Shown: positions 23,601 to 33,217, counted from the first letter of the stretch. The stretch: 64,000 nt of DNA from an uncultured cyanobacterium (GCA_963744145.1 CAVUSO010000001.1:2208001-2272000); one strand, 5' to 3'. Notes: generated from the sequence alone by a model not told the origin. Program-made: numbers and translations.

Positions 23601-23716
23601 CTGGAATGTGGGCGATCGGTTTAGGTCCGGTGGAACGAGTCGGTGAAGCTGATCTGGTTTTACCTAGTTTAGCTGGAACAAGTTGGAGTTCTTTATTGAC
23701 GAAATTGATTAAGTAA
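20681..23716 (+). CDS. GH65 (kojibiose/maltose phosphorylase-like) fused to C-terminal beta-phosphoglucomutase (HAD)
   Basis: ETVFTIGNGYLGTRGSFEE, YRGHIFWDTE, VIGPDEYH, KQADV, SSLGPAIH; HAD domain IFDLDGVLTDTAEYH, KPAPDLF, VVEDA. ATG at 20681 preferred. Confidence 0.92.
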   Translation: MTKPLLSELSKVQKFTRPSTKKVATNATLNRQNFQYTDWIVQETSFEPKRLHHRETVFTIGNGYLGTRGSFEESYAGAWPTTFIHGIYDDVPVVHTELANCPDWLALIVLIDGDRFRLDRGEIVQYQRQLDLKRGLLSRYIRWRNQAGHTVDIYFERFASLADPNIAAIRCQVTPIDFEGLIEVQASINGYPDNQGVRHWEWLDQGATEKTVWLHSCTRHSGIELSMATQLEVVGVKDVKIDIKGCQGYPTIAATFQGRPGETVTLDKIVTIFSTRETPTPTQMAQDKLAAIASSNSGETSFNSQNSPYTSLLSAHEQAWVEVWDACDVIIEGDLTAQIAIRYNLFQLIIAAPRHDERVSIPAKTLSGYAYRGHIFWDTEIFIVPFLTYTQPQIARNLLTYRYHTLPGARRKAQESGYQGALFPWESANSGDEVTPRWVPDAAGGKDLIRIWCGDIELHITSDVAYAVWHYWQATNDHQWMRDYGAELMLDTAVFWGCRVEHNQEKDRYEIRDVIGPDEYHDHVNNNAFTNRMVQWHLSKALATLEWLGQEYPDRAAELVAQLNLGAERLNHWADIIQKLWISQDPKTGLIEQCEGFFDLKDINLDDYEPRTRSMQSLLGIEGANAVQVLKQADVLMLLYLLQDQYDLPTIQANWNYYNPRTDHTYGSSLGPAIHGILACEMQQPEIGFEHFMRAALVDLEDVRGNAAEGIHAASAGGVWQAAVFGFGGISITPSGLVATPHLPPGWTRLKFKLQWRGKQHEFDFNSDGEKGISVMINGEESAQLLFSHPTFPPPLPILGVIFDLDGVLTDTAEYHYLAWQKLADEEGIPFDRQANEGMRGVARRESLLQMLGDRQVSAAKFSEMMERKNRYYLELIQGISPVNLLPGARELLADLRQAGIKIGIGSASKNARAVIQRLGIADQIDAIADGYSVEKAKPAPDLFLYAANLLGLLPVQCVVVEDATVGVEAAKLAGMWAIGLGPVERVGEADLVLPSLAGTSWSSLLTKLIK

Positions 23717-23723
23717 GTTTGAC

Positions 23724-23871
23724 TAGACCAGAAAGCAAAAATAACTAGGACAGTCAAGATGACTGTCCCACAAAAGTCTTTTTCTGGTGGGTGGGACAGA
23801 CATCTTGTCTGTCCAGAGCTTGTCTGTCCAGAGCTTGTCTGTCCGATGGGGCGTGTTCTTTTGCGCCCCTA
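23724..23871. repeat. MITE/REP cluster (TAGAC end, GGACAG-CTGTCC hairpins, 15-bp tandem repeat)
   Basis: ggacagtcaagatgactgtcc and ggacagacatcttgtctgtcc hairpins; cttgtctgtccagag about 2.7 times at 23804-23844; degenerate GGGGCG..CGCCCCTAC REP. Confidence 0.75.
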
Positions 23872-23876
23872 CCACA

Positions 23877-24158
23877 TTAATTCGCAGGATTATCCCCTTG
23901 ATTTCGCTGGTTGAAAAGCAGATCAAGTAGACGAATTGTTTCTGTTCTCAAACCGATAATTTGTTCTTGTTGTTGATCAAATTTGGCAAATAACTGATCC
24001 ATCCTGGTGAATAACTGTTCCCGTTCTTCTCTTGCTTCTACTGCCACATTAGTTAATGCTTGGATTACACGGGCATTACTTTCGGCGATTTTAGCTATGC
24101 TCTCTAGCCGATCGCCCAAACGATCTAATCGCTCATCATCCCAGCGTTGTGTAGTCAT
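23877..24158 (-). CDS. Small coiled-coil hypothetical protein
   Basis: WDDERLDRL...heptad-rich ORF with AGGAG RBS upstream on the minus strand. Confidence 0.75.
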   Translation of the reverse strand: MTTQRWDDERLDRLGDRLESIAKIAESNARVIQALTNVAVEAREEREQLFTRMDQLFAKFDQQQEQIIGLRTETIRLLDLLFNQRNQGDNPAN

Positions 24159-24197
24159 CAATTTTTCTCCTTTAATTATCTAGAATAAATTAGCTTT

Positions 24198-24614
24198 TCA
24201 ATAACGCCAATAAGGACGACCTTTCCAAAATATGCCCAGAGCCATCCCTACTAATGTATATCGAGATAAATCTATTAGCGTGCTGGGCAGCTTAAATAGT
24301 TCTTTGATAATTAAACCTAATAGCAAGTATAGTAATAAACCCCAGAGAATAGAAGTATTAATATATACTTGTGGTTGGAAACGCTCTAGTAAATAAACTG
24401 CTAAAGCACCTACTCCGATTCCCAGAATAATGGGCATCAATAAAGCTAATGGACCCGAAAATAGGATTGCTAGAGTATTATGGATCACAAATACATGATT
24501 GTAACCCAAATATAAAAATGTTTCTACTCCGAAAATAATTAGATGAGTAGCTAGAGAAATTTTGAGCAGCGATCGCCAAGGTAACCGTTGAAACCAACGC
24601 TTAGGATTATACAT
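24198..24614 (-). CDS. Hypothetical membrane protein
   Basis: Four hydrophobic segments and a GIFWKGRPYWR C-terminus. Confidence 0.75.
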   Translation of the reverse strand: MYNPKRWFQRLPWRSLLKISLATHLIIFGVETFLYLGYNHVFVIHNTLAILFSGPLALLMPIILGIGVGALAVYLLERFQPQVYINTSILWGLLLYLLLGLIIKELFKLPSTLIDLSRYTLVGMALGIFWKGRPYWRY

Positions 24615-24697
24615 CTTCAAGTTGGGTAGGGTGGAATCTCCATTATAGCAAAAATGTTAATAGCGCCCAAATAGCTAGGATTTAGGCACTTACACAT

Positions 24698-25666
24698 TTA
24701 ATTGTTATTGCAATTCACAATTTCGACTGGTTCAAAATCTTTAAACAGTGGTGTACTTAGGTAACGTTCACCAAAACTGGGCTGGATCATGACAATCAAA
24801 AGACCTGCATTTTCTGGACGTCGAGCTACTCTAATTGCTGCACCTAAAGCAGCACCAGACGAAATTCCTGATAGTAATCCTTCTTCCCGAGCCAGACGAC
24901 GACTATAGTACATTGCTTCTTCATCAGCAATAGTAACTATTTCATCAATCAAATCTCTCCGGAGAATGTCGGGAATAAACCCAGCACCAATCCCTTGAAT
25001 TTTATGCGGTCCTGGTTTACCTCCAGAGAGGACGGGACTATTGACTGGTTCAACTGCGATCGCTCGAAAACTCGGTTTACGTGCTTTGAGGACTTCTGCT
25101 ATTCCGGTAATTGTTCCTCCTGTACCGACTCCTGAGATCAAAATATCTACTTGTCCATCCGTATCAGCCCAAATTTCTTCAGCGGTAGTTTCCCGATGAA
25201 CTTTGGGATTAGCGGGATTACGAAATTGTTGTAGGACAAAGGAGTTAGGAGTAGCAGCAGCTATTTCTTCCGCCCGATTGATCGCTCCGCGCATTCCTTC
25301 TGAGCCTGGAGTTAATTCTAATTTAGCACCATAAGCTTTGAGCATAGCTCGACGTTCCGCACTCATGGTTTCGGGCATAGTTAAAATTAACTGATAACCT
25401 TTAGCCGCAGCAACCATTGCTAAAGCAATTCCTGTATTCCCCGAAGTTGGTTCAATTAAAATTGTTTTTCCAGGTTGAATTAATCCTTCATCTTCAGCTA
25501 CTTGAATCATGCTGACACCAATCCGGTCTTTCACTGAAGCAGCTGGATTCATTCCTTCGAGCTTGACCACAATTCGAGCTACACATCCTTCAGCAGCAGG
25601 AATTTTATTCAATTGAACTAGGGGAGTCTTCCCTACTAATTCAGTTATATCTTGTGCAATTCGCAT
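24698..25666 (-). CDS. cysK: Cysteine synthase A
   Basis: [10 protein letters not shown] (PLP Lys), [32 protein letters not shown]. Confidence 0.97.
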   Translation of the reverse strand: MRIAQDITELVGKTPLVQLNKIPAAEGCVARIVVKLEGMNPAASVKDRIGVSMIQVAEDEGLIQPGKTILIEPTSGNTGIALAMVAAAKGYQLILTMPETMSAERRAMLKAYGAKLELTPGSEGMRGAINRAEEIAAATPNSFVLQQFRNPANPKVHRETTAEEIWADTDGQVDILISGVGTGGTITGIAEVLKARKPSFRAIAVEPVNSPVLSGGKPGPHKIQGIGAGFIPDILRRDLIDEIVTIADEEAMYYSRRLAREEGLLSGISSGAALGAAIRVARRPENAGLLIVMIQPSFGERYLSTPLFKDFEPVEIVNCNNN

Positions 25667-25685
25667 CTTTTCCCTCCTGAATGAA

Positions 25686-26123
25686 CTAAATTTGGTATGT
25701 GAAATTCACGCCTTCACCATTATCCATTTTTTGACAGAGATCCTGTAATGTATAGTCTTGCCAAACCGCGATCGCTTTTTGTTGAGATTCTTGCCAGATC
25801 TCTTGTAATAAGGAACTTTCTAAAGATCGAGGGGGTAATTGACCATCTTGTTTGTGGCTGGGAGTTCCCTCGAGACAAGTAATTACTTCCCAAAGTGTAA
25901 TCTGTTCGGGAGCGCGAGCTAAAACATAACCACCTTTAGCACCTCGTTGAGAACGAACTAAGCCACATTGTCGCAGACTCATAAATAATTGGGCCAAATA
26001 GCGATCGGGAATTTGCTGATCAGTCGCAATTTGCTCTATTTGGAGGAATTTTCCCTGTTGATTGTGCCGGGTTAGTTCCAGCAGAGCCACTAAAGCATAT
26101 TTCACTTTCGCGGAAATTTCCAT
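25686..26123 (-). CDS. Rrf2-family transcriptional regulator, CymR-like
   Basis: [32 protein letters not shown]. Lacks the IscR Cys triad, sits directly upstream of cysK and ends FTYQI. Confidence 0.88.
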   Translation of the reverse strand: MEISAKVKYALVALLELTRHNQQGKFLQIEQIATDQQIPDRYLAQLFMSLRQCGLVRSQRGAKGGYVLARAPEQITLWEVITCLEGTPSHKQDGQLPPRSLESSLLQEIWQESQQKAIAVWQDYTLQDLCQKMDNGEGVNFTYQI

Positions 26124-26248
26124 GCTTATGTCCCGAGCTAATGACCTTAATCGATAGGAAATCAATTCCTTATACCACGGATTATAATATACTACTGTTA
26201 TCCGCTAGATTTTTTGTAGTTTAGGCAACACTGAGTCCAAATCTTTGG

Positions 26249-26327
26249 TAGACATATAGCCCAATGTTTGGGCTACCCTTTGTGGGACAGTCATCTTGAC
26301 TGTCCTAGTTATTTTGGTAAGAAGTCT
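26249..26327. repeat. MITE/REP copy of the GGACAG-CTGTCC family
   Basis: 26279-26315 is an exact 37-bp inverted copy of sequence at about 23738-23774. Confidence 0.7.
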
Positions 26328-26465
26328 TGTCACCCAAGATTTTTGCAGAAATTCTAAATTTTATTAAATTTTAATACAGTATCTCGACCAACTTACCGTA
26401 TATTATTTAGGATAAATCAAATTTCCATTGCCAAATACCTAGGTTTAATCCTCAATTATTTAGTC

Positions 26466-27200
26466 GTGTTAAAAAATTTATTGAGTGAGTTCGAGATTAT
26501 TTTCCAGCGTGACCCTGCTGCCCACAACTGGTTAGAAGTGCTATTCTGCTATCCTGGGTTACACGCGATCTTGTGTCATCGAATTTCCCATTGGCTATAC
26601 TTGCGAAAAATCCCCTTGATCCCAAGATTAATGTCCCACGTCAGTCGTCTGTTTACTGGGATTGAAATCCATCCAGGAGCCCAAATTGGTCAAGGTGTGT
26701 TTATTGATCATGGTCATGGGGTGGTCATTGGGGAAACAGCAATCATCGGTGATTTTGCGCTAATTTATCAAGGAGTTACCCTGGGGGGGACAGGGAAAGA
26801 AACTGGTAAACGTCATCCCACGATCGGACAAAATGCGATCATTGGAGCTGGGGCTAAAGTTTTAGGTAATATCAACGTGGGAGATCATGTGCGGATTGGA
26901 GCTGGCTCAGTAATTCTGCGAGATATACCTTCTAATTGTACTGTGGTGGGGATTCCTGGGAGAATTGTCAATCGTCAAGTTAAACCAGAAGATCCCTTAG
27001 ATCACGGGAGCTTACCTGATACTGAAGCACAAGTGATTAGAAGCTTAATCGATCGAATTAAATCCTTAGAGCAGGAAGTTGAGCGTTTAAAAACCAAATC
27101 ACCCGTACCTGTAGGGATAAAATATCAGACCCATACTTCAGATTGGAAAGACTCGTCTAATCTGCTGATTAAAGATTTTCTAGATGGAGCGGGAATTTAG
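26466..27200 (+). CDS. cysE: Serine O-acetyltransferase
   Basis: RDPAA, YPGLHA, TGIEIHPGA, FIDHGHGVVIGET, GKRHPT hexapeptide repeats. Confidence 0.96.
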   Translation: MLKNLLSEFEIIFQRDPAAHNWLEVLFCYPGLHAILCHRISHWLYLRKIPLIPRLMSHVSRLFTGIEIHPGAQIGQGVFIDHGHGVVIGETAIIGDFALIYQGVTLGGTGKETGKRHPTIGQNAIIGAGAKVLGNINVGDHVRIGAGSVILRDIPSNCTVVGIPGRIVNRQVKPEDPLDHGSLPDTEAQVIRSLIDRIKSLEQEVERLKTKSPVPVGIKYQTHTSDWKDSSNLLIKDFLDGAGI

Positions 27201-27263
27201 TTTTTGGCAAAATTCTCAATTTTCTATTGTTAACTGAATTTTATTGCAGTACCGTCCTAAATT

Positions 27264-27857
27264 ATGACTATTTCCCCAGTTTTACCACCACATTTTTCCG
27301 AACTAATTCAACAGAAATTTAAGCGTCGTGTTCTGATCCCACTAAGACAAGATTGCTTATGGAAAATTGAAACTGGGGTTGTCCGGACTTTAACATGGAG
27401 AGAAGATGGTACGGTGATTACCTTGGGATTGTGGGGTCCGGGGGATATTGTGGGTAAAATTCTTTCCCACACTGATCCTTATCAAATTGAATGTATGACG
27501 GAAGTACAAGCATCAGTATTACCTCGAGAAAAATGGGGACAAGCTATAGATGCTTTCATTTTACAAATACAGCGTTGTGGAGAATTAATGGAAATTTTGC
27601 ACAATAGTAGACAAGCGGACTATTCGATTTTGCAATTATTTAATTGGTTAGCTAAACGTTTCGGTCAGGATGTGGAACAAGGACAATTAATTAATTTGCG
27701 TTTAACTCATCAAGAAATTGGTGAAATCATCGGTTTAAATCGCGTCACAGTTACCAGACTACTTAATAATTTTGAAAAACAAGGAGTTATTCAGAAAAAA
27801 CATAGTCGATTTATCCTAGTTCAGGAACAATCTCCTTTCTGGCACTATGAAATTTAA
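27264..27857 (+). CDS. Crp/Fnr-family regulator, CysR-like
   Basis: LWKIETGVVRTLTW.EDG..ITLGLWGPGD and HTH LTHQEIGEIIGLNRVTVTRLL. Located in the cysteine cluster. Confidence 0.88.
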   Translation: MTISPVLPPHFSELIQQKFKRRVLIPLRQDCLWKIETGVVRTLTWREDGTVITLGLWGPGDIVGKILSHTDPYQIECMTEVQASVLPREKWGQAIDAFILQIQRCGELMEILHNSRQADYSILQLFNWLAKRFGQDVEQGQLINLRLTHQEIGEIIGLNRVTVTRLLNNFEKQGVIQKKHSRFILVQEQSPFWHYEI

Positions 27858-27892
27858 TCTCTAAATGTTGAATTTCTAGCTAGCAGTACCAA

Positions 27893-28417
27893 TTATTGAT
27901 TTAGCCAAAAAAAACCACCCAGGATGATGATTATTCCCATCAAAGCAATCCAAATAAAGCGATTATCTGCTGGTTTAACTTGATCTAAATTAATTGGTTG
28001 AAGTTCAAAAGATGGAGGTGATTGCTGATTTTTGGTCGAGGGAGAACTAATTTGAGCTGGTTTGGTATCACTACCATCTAAAGCTGTTAAATCTGGAATT
28101 TGAGTTAAACATTCTGGACGGGATTTTAGTCTTGGTGCTTCTAAAATATAAAGCAAGTTACGACTTTGTTGACGAGTATCTAAATGGGGATGACGAGTTA
28201 ATTTTTTGCACAGCGCGATCGCTTCTGGGTGCTGGTTAGCTGCATCATAAGCTGTCACTAACCACATTTGGACTTCTCCTCCTAAGCTGGAACCTTGTCC
28301 CACGATCGCGGTTGCTGCTTCTAAATGATCTACTGCTTTTTGATATTCACCCCGCTCAAAAGCAGATTTTCCCGCTTGGTATTCGATTTGAAAGGTGTCT
28401 AAGTTATCTGAATTCAC
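27893..28417 (-). CDS. TPR-like protein with C-terminal membrane anchor
   Basis: YQAGKSAFERGEYQKAV, GGEVQMWLVTAY, LLYILEAPRL, C-terminal TM helix. Confidence 0.8.
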   Translation of the reverse strand: MNSDNLDTFQIEYQAGKSAFERGEYQKAVDHLEAATAIVGQGSSLGGEVQMWLVTAYDAANQHPEAIALCKKLTRHPHLDTRQQSRNLLYILEAPRLKSRPECLTQIPDLTALDGSDTKPAQISSPSTKNQQSPPSFELQPINLDQVKPADNRFIWIALMGIIIILGGFFWLNQ

Positions 28418-28513
28418 TTGGATTTACTGATCTAGCCAAATTTAATAAAATAGTTTATCCTGAATGTCAAGAGCCAAATATAAAATTTCTATAAATTGAT
28501 TGGATGTGAAATT

Positions 28514-29005
28514 ATGTCAAGGATCATAAACTACCTCCCTAGTTCTCTGAAATTTTGGTTAACGGTGGGAGTTACCCTATTTACTACTAATGTTGCAGTT
28601 TCTCCTGTTTATGGAAATCCTGTAATAACTAGACAATATCCTATTACTCAAATACCTGCAAGCACTACGCTCTACTATGGTGGTTCACCAGTTTACTATC
28701 AACCCATTACTCAAATACCTGCAAGCACTACGCTCTACTATGGTGGTTCACCAGTTTACTATCAACCCAATGCTGTCCCTTCTGTGATTACCGTACCCTG
28801 TCCGTCTGGTTATGAGAATTCTGGATGGTATCATCGTCACAGAAGTGTGAGAAATGTGATTATCATTAATCCGACCGTAGTAGAGTCACAAACTGATACG
28901 GTAACGATCGTTAATCCTGTAGTTATTGATAATACTAACCAGGACTTGAGCCGATCGCAAGTAATTGTCAATCCTCCGAGTGCTACTGATCCTTGGAGCA
29001 AATAA
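28514..29005 (+). CDS. Hypothetical secreted protein with internal 21-aa duplication
   Basis: Signal-peptide-like N-terminus; PITQIPASTTLYYGGSPVYYQ occurs twice. Confidence 0.65.
   Translation: MSRIINYLPSSLKFWLTVGVTLFTTNVAVSPVYGNPVITRQYPITQIPASTTLYYGGSPVYYQPITQIPASTTLYYGGSPVYYQPNAVPSVITVPCPSGYENSGWYHRHRSVRNVIIINPTVVESQTDTVTIVNPVVIDNTNQDLSRSQVIVNPPSATDPWSK
28640..28765 (+). repeat. 63-bp tandem direct duplication
   Basis: Units 28640-28702 and 28703-28765 differ at one base. Confidence 0.95.
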
Positions 29006-29021
29006 ACAATGACAGTTCATA

Positions 29022-29050
29022 AAGGGGGTAGATTGATTTTACCCCCTCTT
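29022..29050. terminator. Hairpin between convergent genes, probable bidirectional terminator
   Basis: agggggta-gattgattt-taccccct inverted repeat. Confidence 0.55.
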
Positions 29051-29055
29051 GATTG

Positions 29056-29958
29056 CTACTTGAGTGAGGAAATGAATTCCGAAGCGACAATCATTGACCC
29101 AATCCCAGCATCTGTAAATATTTCCAACAACAGCGCATGGGGAATACGACCGTCAATGATATGAGTAGCATGGACACCTTGAGCGAGACTCCGAACACAA
29201 CAGTTAACCTTGGGAATCATTCCTCCAGAAACGATTCCATTTTGAATCAACTCTCGAGCTTCCTGGATGTCTAATTTAGCAATTAAGGTAGAAGGATCTT
29301 TAAAATCCTTCAAAATTCCAGCAGTATCAGTCAATAAAATCAACTTTTCTGCTCCTAAAGCCGCAGCAATTTCACCAGCTACAGTATCAGCGTTAATATT
29401 ATAAGCTTGACCAGTTTCATCGGCGGCTACACTAGAGACAACTGGAATATAGCCATTATTGACCAAAGATTGTAAGAGTTGGATCTTGACGCTGCTTACT
29501 TCCCCCACAAAGCCAATATCTTCTTGACCCTGGGGACGTGCTTTAATTAAATTACCATCCTTACCGCACAGACCAACTGCTAGACCGCCAGCTTGATTAA
29601 TTAAAGCGACAATCTCTTTATTTACTCGACCAACTAAGACCATTTCTACCACATCCATGGTAGCAGCATCTGTTACCCGTAGACCATTTTTAAATTGGGG
29701 TGCAATTCCCAGTTTATCCAACCAACTATTAATTTCTGGACCTCCACCGTGAACTAGCACTGGACGTAATCCGACACAAGCTAGAAAAACCACATCGCGC
29801 ATGACCTTATCTTTAAGGTTACTGTCTTTCATCGCAGCACCACCATACTTGACGACCACCGTCCGACCAGCAAATTGTTGGATGTAGGGTAGAGCTTCGC
29901 TTAATACCCGGACCCGAGTCGCTTCAGCTTTTTCGAGATATTCTTTTTCGCTAACCAT
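29056..29958 (-). CDS. argB: Acetylglutamate kinase
   Basis: [38 protein letters not shown]. Confidence 0.97.
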   Translation of the reverse strand: MVSEKEYLEKAEATRVRVLSEALPYIQQFAGRTVVVKYGGAAMKDSNLKDKVMRDVVFLACVGLRPVLVHGGGPEINSWLDKLGIAPQFKNGLRVTDAATMDVVEMVLVGRVNKEIVALINQAGGLAVGLCGKDGNLIKARPQGQEDIGFVGEVSSVKIQLLQSLVNNGYIPVVSSVAADETGQAYNINADTVAGEIAAALGAEKLILLTDTAGILKDFKDPSTLIAKLDIQEARELIQNGIVSGGMIPKVNCCVRSLAQGVHATHIIDGRIPHALLLEIFTDAGIGSMIVASEFISSLK

Positions 29959-30048
29959 GGGCACCTGAAATACTATAATTGCAATCTGAATGGAGTCTAA
30001 ATGAGCTTGGCATTTTCAACTATGTCAACGAACACACTTTTCTATTGT

Positions 30049-30606
30049 CTAATTTGATGCAGAAATAGAATGGATATCTGGTTTAAGAACTTTGGGAATT
30101 TCGCTCATTACTAATGCTGCTACTGTTTCTGGGGTTTGTCCCGCTTCAATCCTAATCCGGATATCAGCTTGAGCATAGAGGGGACTACGACTTGCTAAAA
30201 GCGATCGCAGTTTGGCTTGGGGATCTGGATCTTTTAATAATGGTCTCGTGGTATCTTCAAGTAAACGAGCATATAGTTGTTCTAAGGGAACATCTAACCA
30301 AACCACAATCCCGTGGTGGAGATAACTCCAGTTGTGTCTTGCTAAAACTATCCCACCACCTGTCGCGATCGCTAATTTGGTATAAGCTGATAACTCAGCT
30401 AAGACTTTTGACTCCATCTCTCGAAATTTCGCTTCTCCAGCTTGGGCAAAAATCTCACTAATTGATTGACCCGCGATTTTTTCAATCAGGATATCTGTAT
30501 CAAAAAAACGATAACCTAGATGTGGGGCTAACAATTGCCCCACAGTAGTTTTTCCAGCACCCATCATCCCGATTAAATAAAGATTAACTCCCTTTAAGTA
30601 ATTCAC
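30049..30606 (-). CDS. aroK: Shikimate kinase
   Basis: LIGMMGAGKTTVG, GEAKFREME, IATGGGIV, RPLL. Start uncertain (GTG 30606 or TTG 30618). Confidence 0.94.
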   Translation of the reverse strand: MNYLKGVNLYLIGMMGAGKTTVGQLLAPHLGYRFFDTDILIEKIAGQSISEIFAQAGEAKFREMESKVLAELSAYTKLAIATGGGIVLARHNWSYLHHGIVVWLDVPLEQLYARLLEDTTRPLLKDPDPQAKLRSLLASRSPLYAQADIRIRIEAGQTPETVAALVMSEIPKVLKPDIHSISASN

Positions 30607-30808
30607 CTTAATTACCAAAAATTAATCAAATGTTTTTTACCACAACATTTCCCTGTCGCTGTCTTCTATTCATATCACACTAATTTGCCAAAATTATATA
30701 TGTCCATTGATTAATATGACCGATTTGCCGATCGCCAAAGTTAAGTTTTACATCAGGTAAAAATAGTGACATACTAGGTGTCTTGACCTAATTCACTACT
30801 TTACCAAC

Positions 30809-31063
30809 ATGGACTATATTAGTATAATTGGCTTTGCCGCAGCTACCTTAACTACAACTGCTTTTTTACCACAGTTGAGGAAAACCTGGAAAACCAAATC
30901 AGCAGGAGATGTATCGATCGAAATGTTGATTGCTTTTTCGACAGGAACTTTTTTGTGGTTAATTTATGGTCTTTATTTGCAAGCAATACCCGTTGTGGTG
31001 GCTAATTTTTTTACATTGGTGTTTAATTTAATTATTTTATTTCTCAAATTAAAATATAAATGA
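30809..31063 (+). CDS. SemiSWEET / PQ-loop sugar transporter
   Basis: AFLPQL.KTWKTKSAGDVS, LWLIYG, VVVAN; three TM helices. Confidence 0.9.
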   Translation: MDYISIIGFAAATLTTTAFLPQLRKTWKTKSAGDVSIEMLIAFSTGTFLWLIYGLYLQAIPVVVANFFTLVFNLIILFLKLKYK

Positions 31064-31114
31064 ACAAATATTTGGCAATCAACCTCATGATCTGTTTCAC
31101 TACTGGGAGTCAGG

Positions 31115-32725
31115 ATGAATAATGCAGTATGGTCGATGGAACATCTTTTGTTTACTCCAGCAACACCTGAACCCAATGCGATCGCGACTATCTTTGCTTT
31201 TCCAAATGAATATAGTGTGGGGATTACCAGTTTAGGTTATCAGATTGTCTGGACAACTTTAGCGATGCGTTCAGATGTCCAGGTAAGTCGTTTATTTACA
31301 GATCTGCATGAATCCTTACCAGCACAACCAGAATTAGTAGGTTTTTCGGTATCCTGGGAATTAGATTATGTGAATATTTTAAATTGTCTGGAATTCCTAG
31401 AAATTCCGATTCGTGCTGTGAATCGTTCCGATGATCATCCCTTAGTTTTTGGTGGTGGACCAGTTTTAACCGCGAATCCAGAACCTTTTGCTGATTTTTT
31501 TGATGTGATTTTACTCGGAGATGGAGAAAATCTATTAGGAGATTTGATTGAAGCATATAAAGAAGTCAGGACTGTAGAGCGGAAAAAGCAATTACAGCAC
31601 TTAGCAAAAGTTGCAGGAATTTATATACCGAGTTTATATCAGGTAAATTATCAAGATCCTACCGGAGCGATCGCGTCAATTGAACCGATCACTCCTGAAA
31701 TTCCCCACCAGATTCACAAACAAACTTATCGAGGTAATATATTATCCGCGTCAACAGTGGTAACTGAAAAAGCAGCTTGGGAAAATATTTATATGGTGGA
31801 GGTAGTGCGTAGTTGTCCAGAAATGTGTCGGTTTTGTTTAGCTAGTTATTTAACTTTACCATTTCGGACTGCTAGTATAGAATCTTCATTAATTCCCGCA
31901 ATTAATCGAGGGTTAACTGTAACTAATCGATTGGGTTTATTAGGTGCTTCTGTTACTCAGCATCCAGAATTTGAGGTTTTATTAGATTATTTAAGTCAAC
32001 CAAAATTTGAGCAAATTAGAGTTAGTATTGCTTCGGTCAGGACCAATACAGTTACCGTAAAATTAGCCGAAACTTTAGCCAAACGTGATACGCGATCGCT
32101 GACGATCGCGATTGAGAGCGGTTCAGAAAGAATCAGACAGATTATTAATAAGAAGCTCGATAATAATGAGATTATTCAAGCAGCGATTAATGCAAAAATT
32201 GGAGGAATAAGTAATTTAAAGTTTTATGGGATGGTAGGAATTCCGGGAGAAAAAATAGAGGATTTAGAGCAAACTGTAGATATCATCAAAGCTTGTAAAA
32301 AAGCAGCATCTGGGTTACACTTAACTTTGGGTTGTAGTACCTTTGTACCCAAAGCACACACTCCTTTTCAATGGTTGGGAGTTAATCCAGAATCAGCAAA
32401 AAGGTTAAAATTTTTAGAAAAACAATTGCGATCGCAGGGAATTGATTTTCGTCCAGAAAGCTATAATTGGTCAGTCATTCAAACCCTAATTTCTCGGGGT
32501 GATCGTCGTCTATCATCTCTGTTAGAATTAACTCGACATTATGGTGATACATTAGGAAGTTACCGTCGTGCTTTCAAAGAAATGCGTGGTAAATTACCTG
32601 AATTAGATTATTATGTTCATGCTGATTGGAAATTAGACCAAATTTTACCCTGGAATCATTTACAAGGACCATTACCTCAAGCAACTTTGCAAAAACATTT
32701 AGCAACTGCTACAGCTCTATTTTGA
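31115..32725 (+). CDS. Radical SAM protein with B12-binding-like N-terminal domain
   Basis: EVVRSCPEMCRFC (CxxxCxxC), FPNEYSVGITSLG, FVPKAHTPFQW. Confidence 0.9.
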   Translation: MNNAVWSMEHLLFTPATPEPNAIATIFAFPNEYSVGITSLGYQIVWTTLAMRSDVQVSRLFTDLHESLPAQPELVGFSVSWELDYVNILNCLEFLEIPIRAVNRSDDHPLVFGGGPVLTANPEPFADFFDVILLGDGENLLGDLIEAYKEVRTVERKKQLQHLAKVAGIYIPSLYQVNYQDPTGAIASIEPITPEIPHQIHKQTYRGNILSASTVVTEKAAWENIYMVEVVRSCPEMCRFCLASYLTLPFRTASIESSLIPAINRGLTVTNRLGLLGASVTQHPEFEVLLDYLSQPKFEQIRVSIASVRTNTVTVKLAETLAKRDTRSLTIAIESGSERIRQIINKKLDNNEIIQAAINAKIGGISNLKFYGMVGIPGEKIEDLEQTVDIIKACKKAASGLHLTLGCSTFVPKAHTPFQWLGVNPESAKRLKFLEKQLRSQGIDFRPESYNWSVIQTLISRGDRRLSSLLELTRHYGDTLGSYRRAFKEMRGKLPELDYYVHADWKLDQILPWNHLQGPLPQATLQKHLATATALF

Positions 32726-32770
32726 TTATTTGTTAAAATATCGGGATGTCGCGATCGAGCAATAACTTAT

Positions 32771-33217
32771 ATGCTGTATTTTCAATATTCCTCGTTAATT
32801 AATGCACCAGTAGAAGTAGTTTGGAATTTTCACACTAGACCTGATATCTTACAATTACTCACCCCACCTTGGCAACCTGTACAAATTATACGTCACGAAG
32901 GTGGTCTGGAGATTGGTGCAATTTCTGAATTTCGTTTGTGGTTAGGAATATTACCAATCCGATGGGTTTGTGTCCACACTCAATATGAAGAAAACCGTTT
33001 ATTTACAGATGAACAAAGAGAAGGACCAATGTTAAATTGGACTCATCAGCACCAATTTAGTCAGGAAAATGGAAAAACTAGATTAACTGACGCGATCGCT
33101 TTTTCCTTACCAGGTGGTTCGATCGCAGAATTTTGTCTGGGTTGGTGGGTAAAAATGCGATTAGAAGATATGTTTCGCTATCGTCACCAATTGACTCAAC
33201 GGTATTGTGAACTTTAG
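32771..33217 (+). CDS. SRPBCC (polyketide cyclase-like) family protein
   Basis: INAPVEVVWNFH..PDILQLLTPPW, FTDEQ.EGP...WTHQHQF, MFRYRH. Confidence 0.85.
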   Translation: MLYFQYSSLINAPVEVVWNFHTRPDILQLLTPPWQPVQIIRHEGGLEIGAISEFRLWLGILPIRWVCVHTQYEENRLFTDEQREGPMLNWTHQHQFSQENGKTRLTDAIAFSLPGGSIAEFCLGWWVKMRLEDMFRYRHQLTQRYCEL

